64,000 bases of DNA from Candidatus Brocadiia bacterium (GTDB lineage Bacteria; Planctomycetota; Brocadiia; CAIUPP01), in the NCBI GenBank assembly GCA_050015075.1, contig JBEKCB010000001.1:32001-96000 (forward strand), given 5' to 3'. The notes below the pieces were generated by a model. That model saw only the letters and a program-made list of their open reading frames with translations. It was not told the origin of the DNA and did no database searches. Shown here one piece after another: positions 28,443 through 38,396 of the stretch. How positions within the stretch are numbered: the stretch's first letter is position 1; each line of letters opens with the position of its first letter. The translations under genes and the position numbers were made by a program.

Positions 28443-29348
28443 TCACGCTTTCGGGATAAGGATCGGCGCGAGGCACGCGGGACAACGGCCCTTTCTGCCG
28501 GCGAATTCGCGTTTTGCCTTGAGGAGCTTGCCGCAGGTGCAGAGGATCGGGATCGTGTCCTCCCGCGGGATCGGCATGGGATTGCCCGGTGGCGCCGGAT
28601 AGCGGACCGCCGTGCTGTCCGCGGTCGCGGCCTCCAGAGCGCTCCGCGCCACGCGGTCGCGCCACGCCGTCCTCAGCCCGAAGATATCCAGCAGCGTCCG
28701 CTCGGTGTCGTCCATCGAAACCCGCCGCAGTTGCATCAGCACGATCGCCAGGACAAACCCGGCCGCGAATCCGCCGATGTGCGCCCAGTACGCCACGCCG
28801 CCCAGTCCCAGCGCGGCGCCGAGAATGTCGAAGGCCAGCCAGAGCAGCATGATCCAGTAGCTGCTCACCTCGAACCATCCGTACCGGATGTAGAAGAAAA
28901 GCCAGGCGAAGTAAAAGCAGCTGATCTCGTTGGTCGGGAACCACACCAGGCACATGGCCATGACGCCGCTGATGGCGCCGCTCGCGCCGATGGCCGGATG
29001 GTCGCTGAAGAGCACGTGCGCCATGCCCGCCAGGATGCCCAGCCCGACGAAGAGGAACGGGTATGCGGCGTTCCCCACCTTCTCGCAGACGGCGTTGCCG
29101 AAGACCCACAGGAAAACCATGTTGCCGGCGAGGTGGAAGATGCCGCCGTGGAGAAAGATGTGGCCGACCAGGCCGAGGGGATTCCATCCGTTCAGCACGA
29201 ACGACCCGATGGCCGGAGTTCCCGCGAGGCCGCCCGCGCCGAACTGCTCGAGGAGGTAACAGACGACCAGCAGCGCGAGGATGACATAGTTGGCGATAGG
29301 CCGCCGGTAAAGCGGAACGTCCACGTGGTAGGGCACGAGCAGGAACAT
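28443..29348 (-). CDS. Rhomboid-family intramembrane serine protease with C-terminal zinc ribbon
   Basis: FLHGGIFHLAGNM, IGASGA, AYWAHIGG; tail CTCGK...CPAC. Confidence 0.92.
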   Translation of the reverse strand: MFLLVPYHVDVPLYRRPIANYVILALLVVCYLLEQFGAGGLAGTPAIGSFVLNGWNPLGLVGHIFLHGGIFHLAGNMVFLWVFGNAVCEKVGNAAYPFLFVGLGILAGMAHVLFSDHPAIGASGAISGVMAMCLVWFPTNEISCFYFAWLFFYIRYGWFEVSSYWIMLLWLAFDILGAALGLGGVAYWAHIGGFAAGFVLAIVLMQLRRVSMDDTERTLLDIFGLRTAWRDRVARSALEAATADSTAVRYPAPPGNPMPIPREDTIPILCTCGKLLKAKREFAGRKGRCPACLAPILIPKA

Positions 29349-29504
29349 GCGCTGTTTCCCCTTGCCGGAATGACCTCGCCGACAGGCAGCGTAGCAGTTC
29401 CTCCGCGAAAATCAACCGTCCCTGAGCGGTTTACCCGGCTGACGGTCTTATGGTATCCTTGGGCGCCGTGCGCCGGTGGCCGGAATTATCGGAAGGGAAA
29501 AAGC

Positions 29505-30008
29505 ATGGCGGTGGAAAGTCTCTGGGCGCCGTGGCGGATGGAGTTCATTCGCGGGCTCGGCGGCAAGCCCGACGGCTGTTTCATCTGCGACGCCGCCGCG
29601 GCCAGCGAGGACCGGCAGAACCTGGTCGTCCGCCGCGGCCGCACCGCGTTCTGCATGCTCAACCGCTATCCTTACAACAACGGGCACCTGCTCATCTCGC
29701 CCTTCCGGCACGAGGGCAAGATTGAGTCGCTCTCCCGCGAAGAACTCGCCGAGATTCTCTCGATGACCATCGAGTCGAAGAAGCTGCTCGACCGCCTGAT
29801 GTACCCGAACGGATACAACATCGGCGTCAACCTCGGCCGCGCGGCGGGCGCCGGGCTGGAGGAGCACTTTCACCTGCACGTCGTCCCGCGCTGGTCGGGC
29901 GACACGAACTTCGTGACCACCGTCGGCTCGGTCAAGGTCATCCCGCAGGCGCTCGACGAACTCTGGGCGATGATGGACGCGGAGTGGAAGAAGGAATCGC
30001 CGTGCTGA
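29505..30008 (+). CDS. HIT-family hydrolase (Ap4A hydrolase/phosphorylase-like)
   Basis: LWAPWRM, CFIC, NRYPYNNGHL, HFHLHVVPRW. Confidence 0.92.
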   Translation: MAVESLWAPWRMEFIRGLGGKPDGCFICDAAAASEDRQNLVVRRGRTAFCMLNRYPYNNGHLLISPFRHEGKIESLSREELAEILSMTIESKKLLDRLMYPNGYNIGVNLGRAAGAGLEEHFHLHVVPRWSGDTNFVTTVGSVKVIPQALDELWAMMDAEWKKESPC

Positions 30009-31153
30009 ACCGCGAGGAGATCGAGAGACGCGAGGAGCGCGAGCTGGCGCCTTATGCGATGCGCAGCGGGCGCTCGCGCGGGCGCGCGCACGGCGAGCCG
30101 GAGCACCCGCTCCGCCCGGCCTACCAGCGCGACCGCGAGCGCGTGATCCACTCGACCGCCTTCCGCCGCCTGCAGTACAAGACGCAGGTCTTCGTCAACC
30201 ACGAGGGAGACCACTACCGCACGCGGCTGACGCACACGATCGAGGTGGCGCAGATCGCCCGCGCGATCGCGCGCTTCCTGAACTTGAACGAGGACCTCGC
30301 CGAGGCCGTCGCGCTCGCGCACGACCTGGGGCACACGCCGTTCGGCCACTCCGGCGAGGACGCGCTCCGCGAGCTGATGAAGGGGCACGGCGGCTTCGAG
30401 CACAACCTCCACGGCCTGCGCGTGGTGGACGTCCTCGAGCGCCGCTACCCGCAGTTCCGCGGCCTGAACCTGACCTGGGAAGTGCGCGAGTCCATCGCCA
30501 AGCACGTCACGACGTACGATCACCCCGCCACGCGCGATTTCGATCCGGGCCTGCGGCCACTGCTCGAGGCGCAGGTCGTCGAGGCGGCTGACAGCATCGC
30601 CTACGTCTCGCACGACCTCGACGACGGCCTCGGCGCGGGGATCCTCGACGCGAGCGTCTTCGAGAAAGTCGAGCTGCTCACCGTGGTCGCGCGCGAGGTG
30701 AGCCCGCTGCATCCCGACCTCTCCGCGCGCGATCACCGCAACGAGGCCGTCCGCACGCTCATCAACCTGCTCGTCACCGACCTATGCCGCACGACGGCGG
30801 AACGGCTGCAGGAGATGGACATCGCCTCCGTCGAGGCCGTCCGCCGCGCGCCGGGCAACCTGGTGGCGCACTCGCCGGACATGCACCGGCTCAAGGACGA
30901 CCTGCAGAAGCACCTGCACCAGCAGGTGTACCTGCACTACCGCGTTGCGCGGATGGCGAACAAGGCGCGGCGGCTGGTGAAGGAGATTTTCGAGGAGTAC
31001 ATCCTGCACCCGAGGCAGCTCCCGCCCGACTATCAGGAGTGGACTGAGCAGGCCGGGCTGCACCAGGGCGTGTGCGACTACGTGGCCGGGATGACCGACC
31101 GCTACGCCCAGGAGGAATATGCCAAGCTCTTCTCGCCGACCGAGCGCACCTGA
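30002..31153 (+). CDS. dgt: Deoxyguanosinetriphosphate triphosphohydrolase
   Basis: RDRERVIHSTAFRRLQYKTQVF, RTRLTH, AHDLGHTPFGHSGE, DYVAGMTD. Confidence 0.95.
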   Translation: MLNREEIERREERELAPYAMRSGRSRGRAHGEPEHPLRPAYQRDRERVIHSTAFRRLQYKTQVFVNHEGDHYRTRLTHTIEVAQIARAIARFLNLNEDLAEAVALAHDLGHTPFGHSGEDALRELMKGHGGFEHNLHGLRVVDVLERRYPQFRGLNLTWEVRESIAKHVTTYDHPATRDFDPGLRPLLEAQVVEAADSIAYVSHDLDDGLGAGILDASVFEKVELLTVVAREVSPLHPDLSARDHRNEAVRTLINLLVTDLCRTTAERLQEMDIASVEAVRRAPGNLVAHSPDMHRLKDDLQKHLHQQVYLHYRVARMANKARRLVKEIFEEYILHPRQLPPDYQEWTEQAGLHQGVCDYVAGMTDRYAQEEYAKLFSPTERT

Positions 31154-31165
31154 GAGGATGAAGCG

Positions 31166-32569
31166 ATGACGCCGTGGCGTCCCAGCCTGGCGAGCCCGTG
31201 GACCCGGCCGGACATGGAGCGGATCCTGGAAGACGCCCTGCGCGTCCTGGCGGAGATCGGCGTCGAGTGCCGGCAGCCGGTGATGGTCGAGCGGCTGGCG
31301 GCGCGGTTCGGATCGTATGCGGACCCGCGCGTGCGGTTCGACCCCAAGCGCGTGCGGGCGCATCTGGAGGCGACGCGCGCGCGGGCGCTAAAAGGCGCGG
31401 CGGGCTCGGACGACGAGGAGTTCAGCCTCGGCGGCTGCTGGGCAGGCATCAATTACTGCGACCCGGAGACCCAGGCCGTCCGCCCGGCCCGCAGCGACGA
31501 ATGCGCGCAGATGTGCCGCCTGTGGGACGCGCGCGAGATCGCCGGCGTGGTCCCGGTCGTGCCCGGCGACGTCCCGCCGGAGATTCAGACCCTCGCCGCA
31601 GAACGCATCGCCTTGAAGAACTCCCGGCGTCTCGGCGGCTGCCTGCCGGTGCTGGACGCGGAGGAGGCGCGCTACCTCATAGACATGAACCTCGCCGCGG
31701 GACGGCGCTACGTCCTGGCCGAGCAGATCTGCATCAGCCCGCTGCGGTTCAACGACCGGGGAATCGAGACGGCGCTGGCCTTCCTGGAAAATCCCGCCGT
31801 CGAGGTGGCGCTGTGGGGATTCATCCCGATGGCCGGCGCCAGTTGCCCGCTCGATCCGCGCAGCGCGGTGGTCCAGTCCGTCGCCGAGGAACTCGCCCAC
31901 AGCATGGCCGCCGACGCGCTGGGTCTGCCGCAGAGCGGCTTCGAGCTGGGAGTCTCGCCTTTCGACTTCCAGTACGGCTTGATCGTCTTCGGCTCGCCGG
32001 AGTGGTGCCTGTACCGGACGCTCGCCGTCCAGATGGGCGCGTTCCTCAACGGCGGACGGCCGGTCCGCCGCGGCGCCTTCCGCTCCACGGCCAAGGGGCC
32101 GGACGAACAGGCCGCGTGCGAGCGGACCGCCACGGTGCTCTGGCAGGCGCTGCTCGGCGCGCGGCGCTTCGGCGCGGTCGGCCAGCTCTCCGTGGACGAA
32201 GTCTTCAGCCCGCAGCAGGCGGTGATTGACCGCGAGATCCTGGCCTACGTCGCGCGGCTGCTCCGCGGCATGGAGGTCCAGCCCGGCCCGGACTCGGTCG
32301 AGCTGATCCGCGAGGGCGTCGCGCAGGGCAGCTTTGCCGGCGTCGCGGACACGGTCGAGCGCTTCCGCGACTTCTGCACCTTCCCCGATCTCTTCCGCCG
32401 CTGGAACGTCGAGCGCTGGCGCGCGGACCGAGAACCGACCATCCTCGGGGAAGCATGGGCCCGCGCGAAGGAGGAGATCGCCCGCAGTGCGCACCGCCTG
32501 CCGCCGGACCTGGAGAAACGAATTGACGCGATCTACTCGAAAGCGGTCCAGCATGTGAGGGCCCGGTGA
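31166..32569 (+). CDS. Trimethylamine methyltransferase (MttB) superfamily protein, no pyrrolysine codon
   Basis: ALRVLAEIGV, ISPLRF, PMAGASCP, FGSPEW, KGPDEQA, FSPQQAVIDREI. Confidence 0.75.
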   Translation: MTPWRPSLASPWTRPDMERILEDALRVLAEIGVECRQPVMVERLAARFGSYADPRVRFDPKRVRAHLEATRARALKGAAGSDDEEFSLGGCWAGINYCDPETQAVRPARSDECAQMCRLWDAREIAGVVPVVPGDVPPEIQTLAAERIALKNSRRLGGCLPVLDAEEARYLIDMNLAAGRRYVLAEQICISPLRFNDRGIETALAFLENPAVEVALWGFIPMAGASCPLDPRSAVVQSVAEELAHSMAADALGLPQSGFELGVSPFDFQYGLIVFGSPEWCLYRTLAVQMGAFLNGGRPVRRGAFRSTAKGPDEQAACERTATVLWQALLGARRFGAVGQLSVDEVFSPQQAVIDREILAYVARLLRGMEVQPGPDSVELIREGVAQGSFAGVADTVERFRDFCTFPDLFRRWNVERWRADREPTILGEAWARAKEEIARSAHRLPPDLEKRIDAIYSKAVQHVRAR

Positions 32570-34507
32570 ATGGCTAAGCTGATCGTGCGGGAAGGGCCCG
32601 GTCGCGGGACGGCATACGAGCTGGTGGATGACGTCACGAAGATCGGGCGCGACCCGGGCAACGCGGTGCAAATCCCGTCCGAGACGATCAGTCGCACGCA
32701 CGCGGAGATCGTCCGGCGCGGCGAGGGTGACGCGGAAACCTGGTCCGTGCGCGACCTGCAGAGCAAGAACGGCGTGCTCGTCAACGGCGCGCGCGTCGAG
32801 AACGCCGTGCTCTCCTCGGGCGATGAAATCCGCCTCGGCGACGCGGTGCTGAATTTCATCGAGCGCGAGTTCGACACGCTGGAGATCACCGACGCGGACG
32901 GCGCCTCGGAGCTGGCCGTGCCCGGCCCGACGGCGGTGCAGCGTCCGGCGGGCGCGCGGCAGACGCTGGCCGTCGGCGCGCACCCGCAGAAGCGGCTCCT
33001 GGCGCTGCTCGAGCTGGCGCAGGTCGCAGGGTCGGCCAAGAGCTACCCGGAACTCTTCGGCGCGGTCGTCTCGGCCATCGAGCGCGACCTGCAGCCGCAT
33101 CGGACGGTGCCGATCCTCTTCGACGAGCAGAAGGGCCTGCTGCGCCCATGGGTCAGCCAGCGCGGCGAGTTCGACAAGCACCTCTCGAAGATGCCGATCA
33201 GCTCCACGATCGTCAATTATGTGCGCGAGCACCGCGTCGCCATCCTGATCGAGGCAGCCGCCAAGGACGCGCGCCTGCGCGACGCGCAGTCCATCGCCGC
33301 GCACCGGATCACCTCGGCAATGTGCGCGCCGATCCAGATCGGCGACCGGCTGCTCGGGGAACTTTACGTGGACCGGTTCGGCGACGCGGCGCGCTTCACA
33401 AACGCGGACCTGGAACTGCTGGTGGCCATCGCGGCGCAGTCGGCGGTGGCGATCGAGAACGTGCGCGTGCGCGAGGAGATCGGGCGCGAGCGGTACGTGC
33501 GCGAGCGCGAGGCGCGCGGCGCCTACGACATCGTCGGCCAGTGCCAGGCGATGGAGAGCGTGTTCCGCTTCATCGCGAAGGCCGCGCCCGCCGACGCCGG
33601 CGTGCTGATCGAGGGCGAGAGCGGCACCGGCAAGGAACTCGTCGCGCGGGCGATCCACCTGAACAGCCCGCGCCGGCACCAGCCGTTCGAGGCGGTCAAC
33701 TGCGCGGCGATGGCGCCGACGCTGCTCGAGAGCGAACTCTTCGGCCACGTGCGCGGCGCATTCACCGGGGCCGACCGCGACCGGCCCGGGCGCTTCGAGC
33801 TGGCCGACGGCGGCACGCTCTTCCTCGACGAGATCGGCGAGCTGCCCGACGGCAGCCAGTCGAAGCTGCTCCGCGTCATCGAGACCGGCGAACTGCGGCG
33901 CGTGGGCGACATCAAGGACCGCAAGGTCAACGCGCGCGTCATCGCGGCGACGAACAAGAAACTCGCCGAGGAAGTCGCCCGGGCGCGGTTCCGCGAGGAC
34001 CTGTATTTCCGGCTCAACGTGCTGAAGATTTCGCTGCCGACGCTGCGCGAACGGCCCGGGGACATGCGCGTGCTCGCCGAGTATTTCCTCAAGCAGTTCG
34101 CCGAGAAATGCGGCCGGCCCGCGCTGCGGTTCGAGGCGGACGTCTGGCCGGTGTTCGAGGGCTACCCGTGGCCGGGGAACGTCCGCGAGTTGCGCAACGC
34201 CATCGAGCGGATGGTGGTGATGGCCGAAGGCGACGCGCTGAAGCTCGAGGATGTCCCGTTCGAGATCCGCAGCGGCAAGGGCGCCGCGCGTCCGGCGGAG
34301 GCGGCGGCACCGGCGGCGCCTCCGGACGATTCGGCCACGCTGCGCGACCTGGAGCGCGCCCACATCGCGCGCGTGATGCAGCGCACCGCCGGCAACAAAA
34401 AAGAAGCCGCGCGCATCCTGGGCATTGACCGCAGCACGCTCTACGCCAAGCTCAAGGCGTACGGGCTGGAGTCGGAAAAGGATGAAGACGGCAAGACCGA
34501 AGGATGA
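32570..34507 (+). CDS. Sigma-54-dependent transcriptional activator (FHA-GAF-AAA+-Fis HTH)
   Basis: FHA motifs IGR..ISRTHA..SKNG; GAF domain; GESGTGKE, ESELFGHVRGAFTGA, WPGNVREL, HTH. Confidence 0.95.
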   Translation: MAKLIVREGPGRGTAYELVDDVTKIGRDPGNAVQIPSETISRTHAEIVRRGEGDAETWSVRDLQSKNGVLVNGARVENAVLSSGDEIRLGDAVLNFIEREFDTLEITDADGASELAVPGPTAVQRPAGARQTLAVGAHPQKRLLALLELAQVAGSAKSYPELFGAVVSAIERDLQPHRTVPILFDEQKGLLRPWVSQRGEFDKHLSKMPISSTIVNYVREHRVAILIEAAAKDARLRDAQSIAAHRITSAMCAPIQIGDRLLGELYVDRFGDAARFTNADLELLVAIAAQSAVAIENVRVREEIGRERYVREREARGAYDIVGQCQAMESVFRFIAKAAPADAGVLIEGESGTGKELVARAIHLNSPRRHQPFEAVNCAAMAPTLLESELFGHVRGAFTGADRDRPGRFELADGGTLFLDEIGELPDGSQSKLLRVIETGELRRVGDIKDRKVNARVIAATNKKLAEEVARARFREDLYFRLNVLKISLPTLRERPGDMRVLAEYFLKQFAEKCGRPALRFEADVWPVFEGYPWPGNVRELRNAIERMVVMAEGDALKLEDVPFEIRSGKGAARPAEAAAPAAPPDDSATLRDLERAHIARVMQRTAGNKKEAARILGIDRSTLYAKLKAYGLESEKDEDGKTEG

Positions 34508-34536
34508 AGGCGGCTTCAACCTTCATCCTTCTTCGT

Positions 34537-36693
34537 TCATCCCTCCTTCAATTCATAGATCACGATGAAGTTCACGGCATTGGCGCCGGACAGTTCGAGT
34601 AATTTCGGCCAGCGCTCCCAGGGGAACGGAGCGTCGCGCATTTTCATCGGATACGCCCAGACCGGGCGCAGATATTCCTTTGCGAACCGGGCGAAGAGAT
34701 CCCAGTTGAACCCGTCGAGCATGCCCAGTTGTTCCCGCCCGTTGTAGGAATAGCGGTAAGTGGTCTGAAGCCGGTGGAGTTCCTCAGTGTCCACGTACAG
34801 GTGCGTGACGCCCTGCCTCTGCAGGCCGTCGCGGATGTCCTCCGGCGTGCGCGCGGCGCGGACGATCTCCTCGAGCGCGTTCGTGTCGAAGACGGTGCTC
34901 GCGGTGTGGACCCGGCGGCAGTAGAACATGCGCGCCTCGCCCAGGAAGAGCACTTTCGCGTTGCGCGGGAGCAGGCCGGGATCGTCGAGCGCCTTCATCG
35001 CCTCCGGCGCATACGTCTTGAAATAGTCGTCCGAGCCGACTCTCAGCGCGCTGTCGAAGGGCTGCTCGAAGTAGACGTAGTTGTTCCATCGCGACGGCTC
35101 GAAGAGCAGGAGCAGGATGACGGCGTGCCGCAGCCCGTATGCGTAGCGGTTCGGGAGCACGGCGCCGAGGCCGATGGCCGAAAGCCCCGCCAGCACCGGC
35201 GCGCCGGCCTCCAGGAAACGCAGGTTCTGCTGCGTGAAATAGAACCAGAGCGCGTAGATGAGCGCCAGGTTGCCGGCGAGCAGCAGCGCGACCAGGCGCG
35301 TCCACCGGCGCGTCAGCAACGCGAACGGCACGAAGATGAAGAGCAACAGCGAAGCTTCGGTCAGGCGCTCGCCCTCGGGGCTGTCCACGAACAACGCTTC
35401 CCTGGCCTGACGATAGAGATTCTCGGGAGACCGGTCGGCGCGTGAATGCGCCTGCATGAAACGCGCGTCCTTCTGCGCGTCCCAGTTGCGGCTGCCGAAG
35501 ACCTTGTAGAGCAGCGGGTAGACCGGGTTGCCCGTGTCGGCGAAGTTGCGGATCAGCCACGGGCTGAAGCAGAGGAGCGAGACGGCGGCGAAGAGGCCGA
35601 CGCGGCGCAGGATTTCCTTCGGCGCGACGCTCGCCGCGAAGCCGGTCCCCGCGAGCCAGACCAGGATCGGGATGAAGAACAGGAGCGCGGCGGTGTACTT
35701 GACGCCCATCGCCAGGCCGGTGGCGACGGCGGCGAGGATCACCCAGCCGCGCGGCCCCGGGCGCGTAAGCTTGCGGCGCCAGCTCCACACCAGCCCCCAG
35801 AGCGCGAGCGTGCCGTAGAACATCAGCGGCAGCTCCACGTAGGCGGAGCCGGAATACAGCGTCACCGCCGGCCACGTGTAGAAGATCGCCGCGGCGAGTT
35901 CGCCGGTGGTCCTTCCCGCGACGCCGGCGATCAGCCCGCGCAACGCCATGGCGGCCAGGAAGCCGAGCGCGGCGCAGAGCATCTGGCTGAGGATCGCGCC
36001 GCGGTCGGGCGAGCCGGTGAGGTTCATCGAGAGCAGGTACAGCATCTCCATGTTCTGCGGGAAGCTGGCGAACGCGTTGTCGCGCATGAAGAACACGCGG
36101 CCGGCGTCCCGGTACGCCGCCGGCGCGGCGAGATGATATTCGAGGGAGTCGTACGGCCAGCCGTACTGCAGGGGCGGCTCGAATGCGCAGATGAGGTTCA
36201 GGAGCAGGAAGCAGGCGAGGACCGCCCAGAGCGCCATGCGGAACCACGAGGCGCGGCGCGCCCGGCGCCCGGCGGCGATGGCGGCGCGCAGGAGCACGCC
36301 GAGGTCGCGCAGGCCCATGAAGAGCAGCGCCAGGAGCGCGACGACCCAACTGACCTTCTCCATGAAGCCCAGCGTGCCCAGCACCAGCACGAGGGTCGCC
36401 AGCACGGCCAGCCCGAGTCCGACGCCGAAGAGCGCGGTGGCGCCGTCGCCGGCGGGCCGCAGCTTGAGCCAGCGAAGCAGTGCGGCGCCGAAGCTCATCG
36501 CCGACAGGAGAATCAGCACCGTCCACGCCAGCAGGCTCAGCCGATCCATCAGGACCACGCTGATCTCGAGGCACCGGTCCTGGAGCCAGTACTGCTTCGC
36601 GAGCAGCAGGCAGACCGCCAGCGCGACGAGGCCGATGATGATCCGCGGCCAGCGGCTGCCGAAAGGCGTCCGTTTGGCGTCAGGCGCGTTCAT
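34537..36693 (-). CDS. Polytopic membrane glycosyltransferase-like protein (GT-C/ArnT-like)
   Basis: YDSLEYHL, many TM helices, AMGVKYT, PWLIRN..TGNPVYP. Confidence 0.78.
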   Translation of the reverse strand: MNAPDAKRTPFGSRWPRIIIGLVALAVCLLLAKQYWLQDRCLEISVVLMDRLSLLAWTVLILLSAMSFGAALLRWLKLRPAGDGATALFGVGLGLAVLATLVLVLGTLGFMEKVSWVVALLALLFMGLRDLGVLLRAAIAAGRRARRASWFRMALWAVLACFLLLNLICAFEPPLQYGWPYDSLEYHLAAPAAYRDAGRVFFMRDNAFASFPQNMEMLYLLSMNLTGSPDRGAILSQMLCAALGFLAAMALRGLIAGVAGRTTGELAAAIFYTWPAVTLYSGSAYVELPLMFYGTLALWGLVWSWRRKLTRPGPRGWVILAAVATGLAMGVKYTAALLFFIPILVWLAGTGFAASVAPKEILRRVGLFAAVSLLCFSPWLIRNFADTGNPVYPLLYKVFGSRNWDAQKDARFMQAHSRADRSPENLYRQAREALFVDSPEGERLTEASLLLFIFVPFALLTRRWTRLVALLLAGNLALIYALWFYFTQQNLRFLEAGAPVLAGLSAIGLGAVLPNRYAYGLRHAVILLLLFEPSRWNNYVYFEQPFDSALRVGSDDYFKTYAPEAMKALDDPGLLPRNAKVLFLGEARMFYCRRVHTASTVFDTNALEEIVRAARTPEDIRDGLQRQGVTHLYVDTEELHRLQTTYRYSYNGREQLGMLDGFNWDLFARFAKEYLRPVWAYPMKMRDAPFPWERWPKLLELSGANAVNFIVIYELKEG

Positions 36694-36748
36694 GGGACAA
36701 CCGTACCCTTTGACGGCTGAAAGCTCCGTGCGCACCGCTCGGGCGCTT

Positions 36749-36807
36749 ACTGTAAGCCCGCGCCCGGCGAAATGCAATTGACTCGCAACGCGATCCGGCG
36801 ATATACT
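36749..36807. promoter_or_regulatory. Back-to-back divergent sigma70-type promoters
   Basis: Plus strand TTGACT-N18-TATACT; minus strand TTGCAT-N17-TACAGT. Confidence 0.55.
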
Positions 36808-36875
36808 GAGTTCCTCTTGACCAGGCCCATCGCCAATCCACCCGTCCCGTTCACGGGGCAGGAGGTCTACTCCGG

Positions 36876-38264
36876 ATGGTCGCGAAGCGACGCGCGCCGC
36901 AGGCGAAGCGCAAGCCGCGCAAGGCGGGCAAGCCGGCCCGGCATGCCCGCAGCTCGCCCGCGCCGGCGAAAGTCCTCGCTCTTCGAGCGGACCTCGACCA
37001 CGCGAACGCCCGGATCGAGCAACTCCGCCGGCTGGGCGACGAACTCGCGCGCCGGGCGCAGGACGGCGAGCACGCCAAGACCACCGTCGCCCGGCTCAGC
37101 CAGGAGCTGCAGAACCGGACGCTGCGGATGGAGCAGCAACTGGCCGTGGCGCGGCAGTTCCAGCGCCTGTTCATGCCGCCGGCGCTGCCGGCGTTCCCGC
37201 AGGTGCGTTTCGCGGTGAAGTATCAGCCGTCGCCGCGCGTCGGCGGCGACCTCTACGACGTCTGCGACATGGGGAACAGTTGCGTCGGCTTCCTCGTGGC
37301 CGACGCCGCCGGCAACGGCCTCAGCGCCACGCTCATCACCGCCATCGCCAAGATCGCCTTCGACACCTTCCGCCAGAACGAGTATTCCCCGAAGGTCATC
37401 CTCGAGAAAATGAACCTGCACATCGTCCGGAACACGCTGGAGGACCAGTTCCTCACCGCGTTCCTGGGCATTCTGGACCTCGAGACGCTGCGCCTGAAGT
37501 TCGCGAACGCGTCGCACACCTGCCCGATCCTTTACGGCCCGAAGCGCTTCGAGCTGCTCGACACCGAAGGCCTCTGCTGCGGCATGTTCGAGGAGGCGCG
37601 CTGCGAGGAGAAGGAGATTCAGCTCCGGGCCGGCGACCACCTGCTCCTGTACACGCGCGGGCTGGTGCGCATGTGCAACGCCCGGAACCAGGCGTACCCG
37701 GAGCGCCGCCTGCACAAACTCCTGAAAGCGAACCGCACCCTGGAAATCGGCGCGATGGTGGAGCAGGTCGCCGAGGACTTCTCGCGCCACCTGGCCGGGG
37801 CGGAACAGGCCGAGGACCTGACGCTCGTCGGCGTGGAGGTGGCGCCGCGCGAGGTGAGGGAGGAGCGCATCGTCATCCCGAGCGAGCCGATGCAGCTCTC
37901 GCGCGTGGAGTCGTTGGTCCTCTCGCGTCTCGAGGCGCTCAACTACGGCGAGCGCGCGCTCTTCGCCGTGCGCCTGGGCCTTGAGGAGGCGATCATCAAC
38001 GCCATCAAGCACGGCAACCACATGGACAAGGCCAAGCACGTCACCGTGACCTTCTCCGTGGACCGCGAGGAATGCGTGGTGTCGGTCGAGGACGAGGGGC
38101 CGGGCTTCGATCCGGGCGCGGTGCCGGATCCGACCTCGGACGAGAACCTGGAGCTGCCGCACGGCCGCGGCCTGGTGCTGATGCGCGCGTATATGGACGA
38201 GGTGAGCTTCAACGCGAAGGGCAATCGCGTCACGATGCGCAAGAAAGCGCCCTGGGCGCGATAG
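36876..38264 (+). CDS. SpoIIE/PP2C-like domain fused to an RsbW-type anti-sigma kinase (HATPase_c_2)
   Basis: VGGDLYD, ADAAGNG; EAIINAIKHGN, EDEGPGFDP, GRGLVLM. Confidence 0.9.
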   Translation: MVAKRRAPQAKRKPRKAGKPARHARSSPAPAKVLALRADLDHANARIEQLRRLGDELARRAQDGEHAKTTVARLSQELQNRTLRMEQQLAVARQFQRLFMPPALPAFPQVRFAVKYQPSPRVGGDLYDVCDMGNSCVGFLVADAAGNGLSATLITAIAKIAFDTFRQNEYSPKVILEKMNLHIVRNTLEDQFLTAFLGILDLETLRLKFANASHTCPILYGPKRFELLDTEGLCCGMFEEARCEEKEIQLRAGDHLLLYTRGLVRMCNARNQAYPERRLHKLLKANRTLEIGAMVEQVAEDFSRHLAGAEQAEDLTLVGVEVAPREVREERIVIPSEPMQLSRVESLVLSRLEALNYGERALFAVRLGLEEAIINAIKHGNHMDKAKHVTVTFSVDREECVVSVEDEGPGFDPGAVPDPTSDENLELPHGRGLVLMRAYMDEVSFNAKGNRVTMRKKAPWAR

Positions 38265-38396
38265 GGACCGCGGATAAGGACCACGATGAAGGATAAAGGA
38301 CGAGGGATGAAGGCGGCTCATCAAGCGCCGCCGCCTTTCCGCCCCTCTTCCGCCGGCAGCGTTCATCCTTCCGGCAAGCGGGCGCAGAGGGTCTCC

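Noticed and set aside
31166-32569. Pyrrolysine-containing trimethylamine methyltransferase
   Set aside because: The ORF is uninterrupted with no in-frame TAG, and no pyl genes are seen.
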